From positions 1-54,272 of the IMG/VR virus record IMGVR_UViG_3300035701_000040: DNA of 54,272 nucleotides. The stretch is one strand, 5' to 3'. Made by a program: the position numbers and the translations under genes. This DNA is from a virus. Taxonomy: Duplodnaviria > Caudoviricetes. Shown one piece after another: positions 26,457 to 35,100 of the stretch; position 1 is the stretch's first letter; every line of letters begins with the position of its first letter. The notes below the pieces were generated by a model. That model did not search any database and was not told where the DNA came from. It was given only the letters and a program-made list of their open reading frames with translations.

Positions 26457-27086
26457 TTACGCCATCCGAATCAAGACCCCGCTACTTCCAGCCTTCACGG
26501 TAATTGTGGTAGCGACTTCGGCTCCTGCGTAGAGTTCCAAGTCTCCACCGTCTGACACCACCACCAGCGTCTCCACCATAATTCGATGGAACACGTTGAT
26601 GGTCGTGACGCCTACCCAAGGCCCAAGGTTAGGAGCTGTTGTCGTCTCTGTAGTTGAGTTTGCATACGCAAGGATTTGCCCAGTCGTCGCGTTCGCCACG
26701 TCGATTAACGTGCCCGTCGCTGCGTTGACGCCCGCTGAGGGGAACTGGGCCATGTTCATCATCCGTGTCACAGTGCCCGTGTAGTTCACTCCGAACTTGA
26801 AACTCGTTGTGGTCGTGTCAGAAGCCACAAACAGCGTCCAGCGAGCAAGGTAGGTTCCCGCGACCAAACTCGCAAACTTCAACCCCGTAACCGAAGTGCC
26901 TGTTGTCGTAGCGTTGGTGTAGTCTCCACTCAAAGACATTACAACAGGCAAGCCGCGTGTCCGAAGATAGGCTTCAATCTGCGTGATAGTCAGCTTCTTC
27001 GAGACGCCTGCCTCGTTGATGGCAAGCTCATTTGCCGCTGCCGCAGCAGAGGCAGCAGCCAACGCGCTAATCTTCGTGTCCGCCAT
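26457..27086 (-). CDS. Putative virion structural protein
   Basis: MADTKISAL N-terminus, common in phage fibre/decoration proteins; beta-rich. Confidence 0.6.
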   Translation of the reverse strand: MADTKISALAAASAAAAANELAINEAGVSKKLTITQIEAYLRTRGLPVVMSLSGDYTNATTTGTSVTGLKFASLVAGTYLARWTLFVASDTTTTSFKFGVNYTGTVTRMMNMAQFPSAGVNAATGTLIDVANATTGQILAYANSTTETTTAPNLGPWVGVTTINVFHRIMVETLVVVSDGGDLELYAGAEVATTITVKAGSSGVLIRMA

Positions 27087-27091
27087 GTTTC

Positions 27092-27463
27092 CTAGCCGTG
27101 CGTAATAACCGCACTATTTATTGTGACCTGCTGCGTCTGAGTGATTGAAGTCGAGTTCAAGATGATGTCCGTAGCAGCCGTACCTACAGTCAGCCCCGTC
27201 ACCACGTCAACGTCCGCACCAGTACGGATGCGCGCTATAGCAGCAGCTCCCGTGTTGTCAGCAGAAGTGTCCGACCGTGGCATAGTGAGCGTCAAGACTC
27301 CACTACCAGCGGCCCCTGGAGCTATCGGATTGGCAAGTGTTATAGTCGCCAAAATCGACGCATAAGCAGCACTACAAATCTCTAACTTCGCTGCTGCTCC
27401 AGCGGCAGTCGTCACAGCATCCATCCGAATAATCTTGAGAGCATCTGAGTAAGTTACTGCCAT
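27092..27463 (-). CDS. Putative virion structural protein
   Basis: DTSADNTGAAAIARI..GLTVGT..DIILNSTSI; structural context. Confidence 0.6.
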   Translation of the reverse strand: MAVTYSDALKIIRMDAVTTAAGAAAKLEICSAAYASILATITLANPIAPGAAGSGVLTLTMPRSDTSADNTGAAAIARIRTGADVDVVTGLTVGTAATDIILNSTSITQTQQVTINSAVITHG

Positions 27464-27474
27464 CGTACCCCCCT

Positions 27475-27519
27475 AAAGAAAAATGCCGGAGCCGCAGGTT
27501 TTGTGCCAGCGACCCCGGC
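27475..27519 (-). terminator. Probable intrinsic terminator after the capsid genes
   Basis: Minus-strand stem GCCGGGGTCGC..GCGGCTCCGGC followed by ATTTTTCTTT. Confidence 0.6.
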
Positions 27520-27563
27520 CTGTTCTGAGCGCCATCGAAGGAGAGCGCCTTCTGCTCAGCTCG

Positions 27564-28001
27564 TTACTGAATCCCGAAAACCTCTAAGTCGAGTGATGCC
27601 GTCTCACTCGCATCACCAGCCAGCGTGACCACCACGCTGAAGGTCGTGGCGTTGATGTCGAGGATGAACATGCCCGAAAGTTCGATGCCCGAACCCGCCG
27701 CGCTCGCGTTGGTGCAGGTGAACGCCGCCAGAGGCAACAGCACATCCAGCGTGCTCGTGCCATCCGAGAAGTAAGCCTTCACAATGAAGGTCGGGACGTG
27801 AGCAGCTGACTGGTTGTAGAGCTTAATCCTCCAGCGCCCTCGCGTCAGCGTCACGCTCGATGGGAACGTGAGGGTGACTGCGGCGTTGGCACCGTTTGTG
27901 AGCGCGTTGCCCACAGACTGCCACGAGGAAGCCCCCACACCTCCCAAGAACGGGTGTCCGAGAGTCGGGAACAAGGTCGAGATACTGTTGGTGATTGCCA
28001 T
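27564..28001 (-). CDS. Putative capsid decoration/cement protein
   Basis: Directly follows the major capsid gene; strong TAAGGAG RBS; beta-rich. Confidence 0.5.
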   Translation of the reverse strand: MAITNSISTLFPTLGHPFLGGVGASSWQSVGNALTNGANAAVTLTFPSSVTLTRGRWRIKLYNQSAAHVPTFIVKAYFSDGTSTLDVLLPLAAFTCTNASAAGSGIELSGMFILDINATTFSVVVTLAGDASETASLDLEVFGIQ

Positions 28002-28044
28002 TGCTGCTGCTCCTTAGTTGATGCTCAAAACTCCTGCTCGCTAG

Positions 28045-29052
28045 CTACGCGAGGTTCGCAATCATAACGTTCATACGCGGGCTGGGGCAGACAAGCTGCC
28101 ACGTCAAGTACATCGCGCTCACGACCACTCGCTGATTGCTCGGCTTAATGAACGGTTCCACGTTGAAGTAGTCCATCTCGTGAAACACCGGGAAGATGTA
28201 GCGGCTGTTCAGGATGTGCGCAGTGTTCGCTGGGGCGTTGCGGTCGGGAATCACGATGCAGTTGTTCCACAGGAAGTGGTAGCGGAAGCCCATCTGCACC
28301 GCTTCCTTGTCTTGGAACTCGTTGGTGAACCGGATGTTGGTGAAGAAGTTGTTCTTGAACCCAGCGTAGCGCACGTTGTCCATGATGAGCATGTCCGGCT
28401 CGTCGTAGCCATAGACAACAGTTTGGTAGGCGCTTTCGGCCACGGTCGTTGAGAGCGCCACTCCGCCTCCGGCGACGTTGGCCGGTGGCCTCCACCAAGC
28501 GTTCGCGGCGGTCGTGCGGTTGATGCCCGCGATAGTGTTAGTGGTCGAGTCCACCCATGCAACGATGTCGTCGATGTCGAGTGTGGTATTCTGAGGAGCG
28601 GTGTGCCAGAGAGCGCGCACCAGCTTTTGCAGGAAGCTGGCACTGGCAATCTGGAACTTGGTTTTGAGCACGTCGAGGGCGCTTGTGCCCCCACGGTTCA
28701 AAATCACGTCAGTCACGGGGATAGCGACAGTCTGGTAGTAGTGCCGCCACACCTGGTCGGCAGGCTGCACGCTGTCGATGACAGCAGTGTTGAGCAACTG
28801 GTCGCCCCAGTACGCACCGCCAGTCGTCTCTTCCAGTGTCATCAACGGGTAGACAAGCTCGCCGCCTCCGAACTTGCGCCCGAGACGGGTCATCCCCCAG
28901 AAGGTCGGTGATGGGACAAACACGTTGTCCCCAAGCACCGGCATGATGTACTTCTGCGTGATGGCATTGAGCGTGTTGACCAGTTGTGCTGGAGGGGTGT
29001 TGACGCCCGTGCCTTGGATTGTGTTGCTGGAACTCGCAGCTACGATTGCCAT
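28045..29052 (-). CDS. Major capsid protein
   Basis: 335 aa after portal and scaffold; strongly biased codon usage; GGGELVYPL..YWGDQLL..PDMLIM..GF..FLWNN pattern of HK97-fold coat proteins. Confidence 0.8.
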   Translation of the reverse strand: MAIVAASSSNTIQGTGVNTPPAQLVNTLNAITQKYIMPVLGDNVFVPSPTFWGMTRLGRKFGGGELVYPLMTLEETTGGAYWGDQLLNTAVIDSVQPADQVWRHYYQTVAIPVTDVILNRGGTSALDVLKTKFQIASASFLQKLVRALWHTAPQNTTLDIDDIVAWVDSTTNTIAGINRTTAANAWWRPPANVAGGGVALSTTVAESAYQTVVYGYDEPDMLIMDNVRYAGFKNNFFTNIRFTNEFQDKEAVQMGFRYHFLWNNCIVIPDRNAPANTAHILNSRYIFPVFHEMDYFNVEPFIKPSNQRVVVSAMYLTWQLVCPSPRMNVMIANLA

Positions 29053-29078
29053 GTCCGTGACTCCTCAGTTTGCCCACC

Positions 29079-29906
29079 TTACATGGGCAAGATTTGCAGA
29101 TTGGTGAGGCTTTGCTGCACTTCCGGGTCTTGCGCGGCAGCGTTCATAGCCTCATCGAGATTCTTGAACTCTTGCTTGACGTTAGCGCGGCTCCTGACAC
29201 CGGGCCGGGGAGCGAGAGCGGCGTTGCGCTCCTGCACGAGCTTGTCGGCACGCTCCTCCACCAGCTTGTCCACTTCCGTTTGCGAGTAGCGCAGCGGCTT
29301 CGCCAGCTCGTTGTGGATGGAAGCGATGTCGAACCGTCCGAACTGGTCGGTCTTGCGCTGAGCGGCGGCTTCCTTCACAGCGCGTTCGAGGTTGTAGCCT
29401 TCCGGCCAGTCGTTGAAGCCGTTGAAGACTGATACCAAGCGGTCGTTCTCGTAGAGGGTGCGGGAACCGGCCAGCTCCTTTTGCACCTTGGCGACGCCTT
29501 CGTTGAACGCCTTGACTTGGGCTTCGAGCGCCTTCACCTGCTTCATTACAGGGCCAACGTAGGTGTCTTTGTCGTAGTCGATGGGTTTGGTGTCGCCTGC
29601 GGGGGTAACACCGGCAGCGGGCTTTCCTTCAGCGAAGCGGAACTCTCCGCTGTCAGGGTCAACCGTGACCAGCCCTGCTTCAACCAGCTTCGAGAAGTTC
29701 TGGGCGAGGGTTTGCTGAGCGGCTGAGAGGGCTTCTTTCTCCTTGGTAAGCTCTGCGGTTGCATCGGAGATGCGCTTCTGCTCCACTTGAGATAGCCCTC
29801 GCAGGTCGCCGAGTGTGGTTTCGACCTCGCCCAGCGTGAACTTGGTGTCATCGGGGAAGGCTTTCGGGTCAGCCAGCACTTGCTGTAGAGTTTTGGCAGT
29901 TGGCAT
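29079..29906 (-). CDS. Putative scaffolding protein
   Basis: Charged coiled-coil protein immediately upstream of the capsid gene; AAGGAG RBS. Confidence 0.65.
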   Translation of the reverse strand: MPTAKTLQQVLADPKAFPDDTKFTLGEVETTLGDLRGLSQVEQKRISDATAELTKEKEALSAAQQTLAQNFSKLVEAGLVTVDPDSGEFRFAEGKPAAGVTPAGDTKPIDYDKDTYVGPVMKQVKALEAQVKAFNEGVAKVQKELAGSRTLYENDRLVSVFNGFNDWPEGYNLERAVKEAAAQRKTDQFGRFDIASIHNELAKPLRYSQTEVDKLVEERADKLVQERNAALAPRPGVRSRANVKQEFKNLDEAMNAAAQDPEVQQSLTNLQILPM

Positions 29907-29927
29907 GATAGACTCCTTTTTGCTCTC

Positions 29928-30365
29928 CTATGACGGGAACGCTGGGCCTTGCGGCGGTCCCATAGCTCCCGGTTGTGGCGCTGCGCCGCCCATAGTCGCG
30001 GGTGACGGGGCGGCGGAAGATTCGATTGGTCCGCCCGCTGCACTCATAGTCTGGGCGGCGTTCTGGATTTCCTTGAGACCGCGCTGCATAGCAGGCAAGG
30101 CACGAGCCAAAGCCTGTGCAGCGCCCGGAATCCTCAAGGCATACTGGTTGATGAGGGCGCTCAAGGTGGAAATCATCTCCTTGATTTTAGCCAGCCCTGC
30201 TTGGGGGTCAGCACCGCGAAGCTCGGACAACTGTTGAGCTACAGCGGGGCCAGCACCAGCTCCGGGTGGTGCGCCTACGGCTGCGCCGGGAGCACCACGA
30301 GCGCCTTGCTGACCTGCAAGGCGTTGCATGAGCTGCGCCATCATTGGGCCTTGTAGAGCACCCAT
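29928..30365 (-). CDS. Hypothetical Ala/Pro/Gln-rich protein
   Basis: ORF between portal and scaffold. Confidence 0.6.
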   Translation of the reverse strand: MGALQGPMMAQLMQRLAGQQGARGAPGAAVGAPPGAGAGPAVAQQLSELRGADPQAGLAKIKEMISTLSALINQYALRIPGAAQALARALPAMQRGLKEIQNAAQTMSAAGGPIESSAAPSPATMGGAAPQPGAMGPPQGPAFPS

Positions 30366-30368
30366 CAG

Positions 30369-30554
30369 CTACTTCTTTCCGCCAGTGCCCCCTGGGATGT
30401 AGCCCAGCGGGTCTTTGGCTGTGACCAGCGGTGCGTTGGCGACATCGGGGCCGGGTTCGGCTCCCTGTCGCGGTGCGTTCAATGGACTCAGGAACTCGGG
30501 CGGATAGTTCGTGCCCAAGCCGCTGAGACCGCCTTTGCCTTTCTTCTTCGGCAT
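30369..30554 (-). CDS. Small Gly/Pro/Lys-rich protein
   Basis: AAGGGAG RBS; MPKKKGKGG N-terminus. Confidence 0.55.
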   Translation of the reverse strand: MPKKKGKGGLSGLGTNYPPEFLSPLNAPRQGAEPGPDVANAPLVTAKDPLGYIPGGTGGKK

Positions 30555-30648
30555 GACAATCTCCCTTCGATGTTGGTGCTCAGAGAGGGGCCGAGTGTAT
30601 CCCAGCCCCCTTGAGCTACCCGCTGCGGTTGGAAAGCGCTACCCGCAG

Positions 30649-30696
30649 TTATTTCTTGGAGTGCTTTTTGCCGCGCTTGCGGCCTCTGCGTGCCAT
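30649..30696 (-). CDS. 15-aa basic micropeptide MARRGRKRGKKHSKK
   Basis: AGAGGAGG RBS 4 nt before ATG 30696; TAA at 30649-30651. Confidence 0.6.
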   Translation of the reverse strand: MARRGRKRGKKHSKK

Positions 30697-30707
30697 ACGG
30701 CCTCCTC

Positions 30708-30950
30708 TCAGTTGGCTTCAGCAAACTGGCTGAAGTCTTTCGGTGTGCGGGCATCACCGTAGATGCCGATTAGCGCTACGGCTTGCCGGATGAGGTATTC
30801 AATCCAAGCGTTTTCGTCGCGGAAGTTGTCACGATACGCAGCCGGAACGTCGAACGGCACGCAGACAACGCCATTGACGGCAATCTGCACGCCGCTGTAG
30901 TAGCCAAACTTGCGTTCGGGGAAATTGACCAACTCCGCGTCGGCTCGCAT
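30708..30950 (-). CDS. Hypothetical protein
   Basis: ATG 30950 lies just downstream of a sigma70-like promoter. Confidence 0.55.
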   Translation of the reverse strand: MRADAELVNFPERKFGYYSGVQIAVNGVVCVPFDVPAAYRDNFRDENAWIEYLIRQAVALIGIYGDARTPKDFSQFAEAN

Positions 30951-30961
30951 ATCACGCTGCG

Positions 30962-30991
30962 AGCTTAGACACAAGATGTTGTGGATGTCAA
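30962..30991 (-). promoter_or_regulatory. Sigma70-like promoter upstream of the head-gene block
   Basis: TTGACA-18 nt-TAAGCT. Confidence 0.55.
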
Positions 30992-31023
30992 GGAGGTGTA
31001 ATGCTATGTGTCCGCTACGTCCG

Positions 31024-31239
31024 CTAGTTTATGCTGCGCAGCCACCAGCGGCCCTTGGGGTCACGCCAGACTTGGAAGCCTATTTCACCTGCGAAGCCGG
31101 ACTCGCACCAACGGCGAATCGTGCGCTCAGTCTTGTGCCAGATGCGGGCTACGGTTCCGACACTCATCCAGTGGAGTTCGTTGAAGGCTCCAGGTGGGAA
31201 GGCCGCGCTACCGTTTCTTGGTGCGGGCGAGAGCTGCAA
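31024..31239 (-). CDS. Small winged-HTH (excisionase/MerR-like) DNA-binding protein
   Basis: WMSVGTVARIWHKTERTIRRWC..RDPKGRWW; probable TTG start with AAGGAG RBS inside the portal 3' end. Confidence 0.6.
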   Translation of the reverse strand: MQLSPAPRNGSAAFPPGAFNELHWMSVGTVARIWHKTERTIRRWCESGFAGEIGFQVWRDPKGRWWLRSIN

Positions 31240-32932
31240 GCTGTTGCTCCTTTTCGACCTTCTCCGCGATGGCTTCAGCGTCAGGGATTTCCAAAATCTC
31301 AAGCGCACTTGGTGCGTCAATGAGCCCAGCACTGCGCAGACCCATCACGAGCTGGCGCATAGCGGCTTGCGATATGGGGCGGACGCTGCCAGGGTCGAGG
31401 TGGATTTGCATGTCGGCGCTGGCATCGAGAGGCTTCCATTCGCTGAAGCTGAACGCCTTATCCTCCTCCTCGCTAGTCGGGTTGAATGACGGGAAGTATC
31501 GACTATTGCGGTAGAAGCGGCACATCGAGAAGAAGCGGATTTCGGCGAGCTTCTGCACGGCTTCGGCAAGCAACATCGAACGCAGCCGTGTCAAGAACTG
31601 TGACTGGTAGAGGCTGGCGTCGAACAATCCAGCGCTCACGTTGCCTTTACCCGGCTGGCCTTCGCGGACTTGTGTGAAGCCCCAAAGTTCTTTCTGAAGC
31701 GCAAGGAGGATAGCGGGCATCTTGAGCATGTGCTCAGGCATGGGAGCGGGCCAGCGGATTTCAGGAATCCTAGACTGAGCGTTGATGATGCGGACTTCAC
31801 CCGGAAGCCCACCAAAGTCTTCAGCCTCAATCCCAGTAGCCTCATCAATGAACCAAATCCCGTTATTGAGTCGCACAGCGTTCTCAAAGGCTTGTGAGTA
31901 CATCCGGCCTGCCAGCTCTTGCAGGTCGAGCGAGAAGCGCGGTGGAGGTGGTGCCCAGAAACTTGTCAGATTGGGCAGTGCCCACAGCGGGATAACCGGG
32001 AACTTAACGCGGTCGGTGCGCGGGAAGGGGTTGTCACCATCGGCTAGAATCCGGCCTTCACATTCGACAATGAAGCGGCCATTAGGGTACTTACGGAGGT
32101 GCTTAGGCTTCACAGCAGCTTGCGTCGAGGCGAGGGCATTGAGCGCCTTGTCGATAGCTTTCTCTTTCACCTCTAGTAAGCTGTAGTCATCAGTGAACAG
32201 CACTCGCACCTTCAACCTGCCGTCCCAGGCTTGGCGGGAAGCGGGGGAACCGGGCATGGCGCTCAAGGGGCCAGGGGGCATCTCGAAGCTGTAACCGGCG
32301 CTTTCGCCAACGTTGACGAGGGTGGGAGAGCCACTAGCACGGCGAGGTTGGATGCCCGTGGCTGTCTCAGGCCAGAGCGCCTTCACCTCATCAGCGTACA
32401 AGCGTGACTCCAGAATCACGTAAGTCCAGTCCCGGTCGCTGCGCGCCGAGGGGTCAGGGTAGACAGTCTCAGGGTCAACCCAATCGGTCCAGACCTCACC
32501 ATCCCCCTGCCGCGCATTCGGGTCGTAGCCAACTTGCAGGAAGCTAGTGCCTGCATAGAGAGCCCAGAGTTCAGCGAACAGCAAGCGGTTATTGATACTC
32601 TGCGCTCGCCAATCATCTTGGAATGCCTTCTCTCGCTCCGCATCGCGCTCACGCTTCTTGGTGATGTAGACTTTCGGGGAAAGGCTGCTGAGGTCGGTAG
32701 CCTCACTGAAGGCTAGAAGTTGCATTTGAGGAATCAACACGGCGGGACGGAAGCTCGGACGCGACGCGGAGCCTTGCAAGAGGTTGTAGAGAATGCGGCA
32801 GGTGCGATACCAGTCCGGGCCGAGAAACTGGTTGCGGCGCTCGACACTTATCCTCTGAAGCTCGTCAATCTGACGCGAGCGCGGGTCAGCGGACTGCTCG
32901 GACTTGCGGCGAGTAATAGTCGTGAATGCCAT
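31208..32932 (-). CDS. Portal protein (P22-like)
   Basis: 574 aa between terminase and capsid; GTSFLQVGYD..VDPETVYPDP, ILADGDNPF..FPVIP. Confidence 0.8.
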   Translation of the reverse strand: MAFTTITRRKSEQSADPRSRQIDELQRISVERRNQFLGPDWYRTCRILYNLLQGSASRPSFRPAVLIPQMQLLAFSEATDLSSLSPKVYITKKRERDAEREKAFQDDWRAQSINNRLLFAELWALYAGTSFLQVGYDPNARQGDGEVWTDWVDPETVYPDPSARSDRDWTYVILESRLYADEVKALWPETATGIQPRRASGSPTLVNVGESAGYSFEMPPGPLSAMPGSPASRQAWDGRLKVRVLFTDDYSLLEVKEKAIDKALNALASTQAAVKPKHLRKYPNGRFIVECEGRILADGDNPFPRTDRVKFPVIPLWALPNLTSFWAPPPPRFSLDLQELAGRMYSQAFENAVRLNNGIWFIDEATGIEAEDFGGLPGEVRIINAQSRIPEIRWPAPMPEHMLKMPAILLALQKELWGFTQVREGQPGKGNVSAGLFDASLYQSQFLTRLRSMLLAEAVQKLAEIRFFSMCRFYRNSRYFPSFNPTSEEEDKAFSFSEWKPLDASADMQIHLDPGSVRPISQAAMRQLVMGLRSAGLIDAPSALEILEIPDAEAIAEKVEKEQQLAALARTKKR

Positions 32933-33155
32933 AGGGAGCCACCAAGCTGAGCGGCGCTCTCCTTCGGTGCCTAGCGACTCACTACACAACCTCCAATCCA
33001 AACTCTCCAAGTGAGTCCAAAGTGGCGGCAGCTAGTCACGCAGCATCCTATGCGTCCCCAGAGAGTTCCGGGTATTGGCTCAACGCATGACATGCTCCCA
33101 CAGTCTCGACACATGTAGTTCCACGGACTTATTTGCGACAAGAACTTGGGGAGTC

Positions 33156-33479
33156 TCACTGCACGACCTCCACTTCAGCAGCGCTCTCCTCCACTGGTGA
33201 CTCAGGTTCGTTCAGCCAGCGGGCGAGGAACTCATTGGGAGTCTCACCTTGCTGGGAGACGGAACCTTTGAGGAATTTCTCTAGCTCAGTGGTCATGCTC
33301 AGGAAGTCTTTGAGCGGGATGACGACTGGCACCAGCACGTCAATCTTACTCATTAGGGCTTCCTGCAAGAAGCGATAGGCATCTGCGCTACGCTCGCGCT
33401 TCAGCTCATTGAAGCGCTCACCGATTTCATGGAGCACCTGAGATGCAGCAGTGAGGTTGAGGACTGGGGCATCGCTCAT
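33156..33479 (-). CDS. Hypothetical protein
   Basis: GGAGGAG RBS; ATGA overlap with the upstream gene. Confidence 0.55.
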   Translation of the reverse strand: MSDAPVLNLTAASQVLHEIGERFNELKRERSADAYRFLQEALMSKIDVLVPVVIPLKDFLSMTTELEKFLKGSVSQQGETPNEFLARWLNEPESPVEESAAEVEVVQ

Positions 33480-33718
33480 GCTAGCTCCTCCGCAATCCTA
33501 TGCGCAGGGTCGAGATAGCCAACCTGCCCCTTCCGCCAGTACGAAGTGAACTGTGCAACATCCTCCACGGGGAACATCTGGCACAAGTCAAAGAAGTAAG
33601 CTGCTCGGAAGTCTTCGTGAGTCTTCCAAGAGTCCAAGTCAGAAAAGTGGCGCCTGCGAAGATACTCCGCAGCGTGTCGAAGGATGCGCCTGCAAGCTGT
33701 ACTTGAAGCATCACTCAT
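33476..33718 (-). CDS. Hypothetical protein
   Basis: GGAG RBS; stop overlaps the next start. Confidence 0.5.
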   Translation of the reverse strand: MSDASSTACRRILRHAAEYLRRRHFSDLDSWKTHEDFRAAYFFDLCQMFPVEDVAQFTSYWRKGQVGYLDPAHRIAEELA

Positions 33719-33805
33719 ATCTGCACTCCGTCATGCTAGTCTCCAGTAGCTACATGAATAGGCTAGGCGACCCCCTGCATGTGACCCAGCGAGGGCTGTG
33801 CTCAC

Positions 33806-34276
33806 TCATGCTGGCTCCTCTTTGGGTGCAGGCGCTTCACCCGCGTACCAAGGCACCCGCCCGGATTTGGCTACGGCTTCAGCACCTTGGTCGAGGCCCA
33901 TCTGCCGCACCGTTTGACGAGCCTTCTGCTTCTTCTCAGCTTGAGCTGTAGTAGCGTCGTCGAGCACCTTAGCCCGCTGAGGGTGCATGGCTTCTTCGAG
34001 CGCAGCTCGCGTCGGGGCAATCCAGCTTGAAGGTTCGTTCGCGCCCGCTGTCCCAACATGAGCTTCCCAGGCTTCGTCAGCGGCCTCAGTGCGTAGAATA
34101 ACACCGGACTTTGGAAAGCGCAAGAACAAACCATCGGAAGCGGAGGTTGCCAGAAGCTCAGCGCCGTCCACTTCAACTGTCCCACCCAGCTTGCGCACCA
34201 TGACGATGATGAGGCGGCGGTAGTATTCGACCGTTGAGAGCTTCATTGCTGCGGCTTGATAGGGTGATGCGGGCAT
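33806..34276 (-). CDS. Hypothetical protein
   Basis: TAAGGAG RBS; TAATG overlap. Confidence 0.6.
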   Translation of the reverse strand: MPASPYQAAAMKLSTVEYYRRLIIVMVRKLGGTVEVDGAELLATSASDGLFLRFPKSGVILRTEAADEAWEAHVGTAGANEPSSWIAPTRAALEEAMHPQRAKVLDDATTAQAEKKQKARQTVRQMGLDQGAEAVAKSGRVPWYAGEAPAPKEEPA

Positions 34277-34593
34277 TAACGATGCTCCTTAAGGCTGACT
34301 AGCTGCCACGGTGCAAGAGGCCACTTAAGCTGTGTCGAATAGCTGTCCCATCCTGGCAAAGCGCACTCCAAGTGGTCGAACATCTGCCAGCGATAAGGTG
34401 AACCGTACCACGCGAAGAATCTTCGCGGGTCATCCAGCAACCACAAGACAGCTAAAATGTCTCGATACAGCAGCTTCCTGTAAATCCATCGAGCGTAGAG
34501 CTGACGAGCACGTACCCACCATGCCTCTAAAGCCCACTGTGCTTTCCACAGATGCCAGCGCAGGTAACTTAGCATTGGGGTCATAGCTATCAC
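34276..34593 (-). CDS. Hypothetical Trp-rich protein
   Basis: AAGGAGG RBS; coupled overlaps at both ends. Confidence 0.5.
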   Translation of the reverse strand: MIAMTPMLSYLRWHLWKAQWALEAWWVRARQLYARWIYRKLLYRDILAVLWLLDDPRRFFAWYGSPYRWQMFDHLECALPGWDSYSTQLKWPLAPWQLVSLKEHR

Positions 34594-34853
34594 GCAGCCT
34601 CCTTAGACTTCTTAGCTTCGAGGTAGGCTTGCTCAAGAAGCTCAAAGCTCAACTGCTCGATGCCGCTCGGGGCGAACACGATTGGGGTGCGCAAGTTCTT
34701 AACATGCTCAGGCCATTTGGTCACGGAAAGCATCTCCATAACATTTGGGTCACGTACCACAAGTATGTCACCAGCTTGAAGGCGCAAGCGGGAGATTCGC
34801 AGCAGTAAGTTGGTCTTGAAAGCGTGTGGCCCCATCAAAGGTCTCCTACACAA
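34590..34853 (-). CDS. Hypothetical protein, tandem paralog 2 (start may be the Met at about 34835)
   Basis: LQAGDILVVRDP..WPEHVKNLRTPIVFAP aligns with 34846-35100. Confidence 0.6.
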   Translation of the reverse strand: MCRRPLMGPHAFKTNLLLRISRLRLQAGDILVVRDPNVMEMLSVTKWPEHVKNLRTPIVFAPSGIEQLSFELLEQAYLEAKKSKEAA

Positions 34854-35100
34854 TTACTAGCTGCTTTGACGACTTCGCATCCTTGTAGACCTGCTCCAAC
34901 TGCTCAAAAGGAACCTTCTCTAAACCTTCAGGAGCAAAGACAATCGGGACACGAAGCTTCTTAATACTTTCGGGCCACTCAACTTCCATGAAATACTGCA
35001 TCAGGTCAGGATCGCTAACAAGGATGACATCGCCAGCCTCCAAGTGCAGCGATGTAACACGACGAATCAGCTCACGCCGAACCTCAACCTTACTGCTCAT
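34846..35100 (-). CDS. Hypothetical protein, tandem paralog 1
   Basis: LEAGDVILVSDP..WPESIKKLRVPIVFAP; ATGA overlap with the terminase stop. Confidence 0.65.
   Translation of the reverse strand: MSSKVEVRRELIRRVTSLHLEAGDVILVSDPDLMQYFMEVEWPESIKKLRVPIVFAPEGLEKVPFEQLEQVYKDAKSSKQLVIV

Noticed and set aside
31024-31239. Excisionase implying a temperate lifestyle
   Set aside because: No integrase, att-like site or repressor pair was seen; the HTH lies among the head genes.
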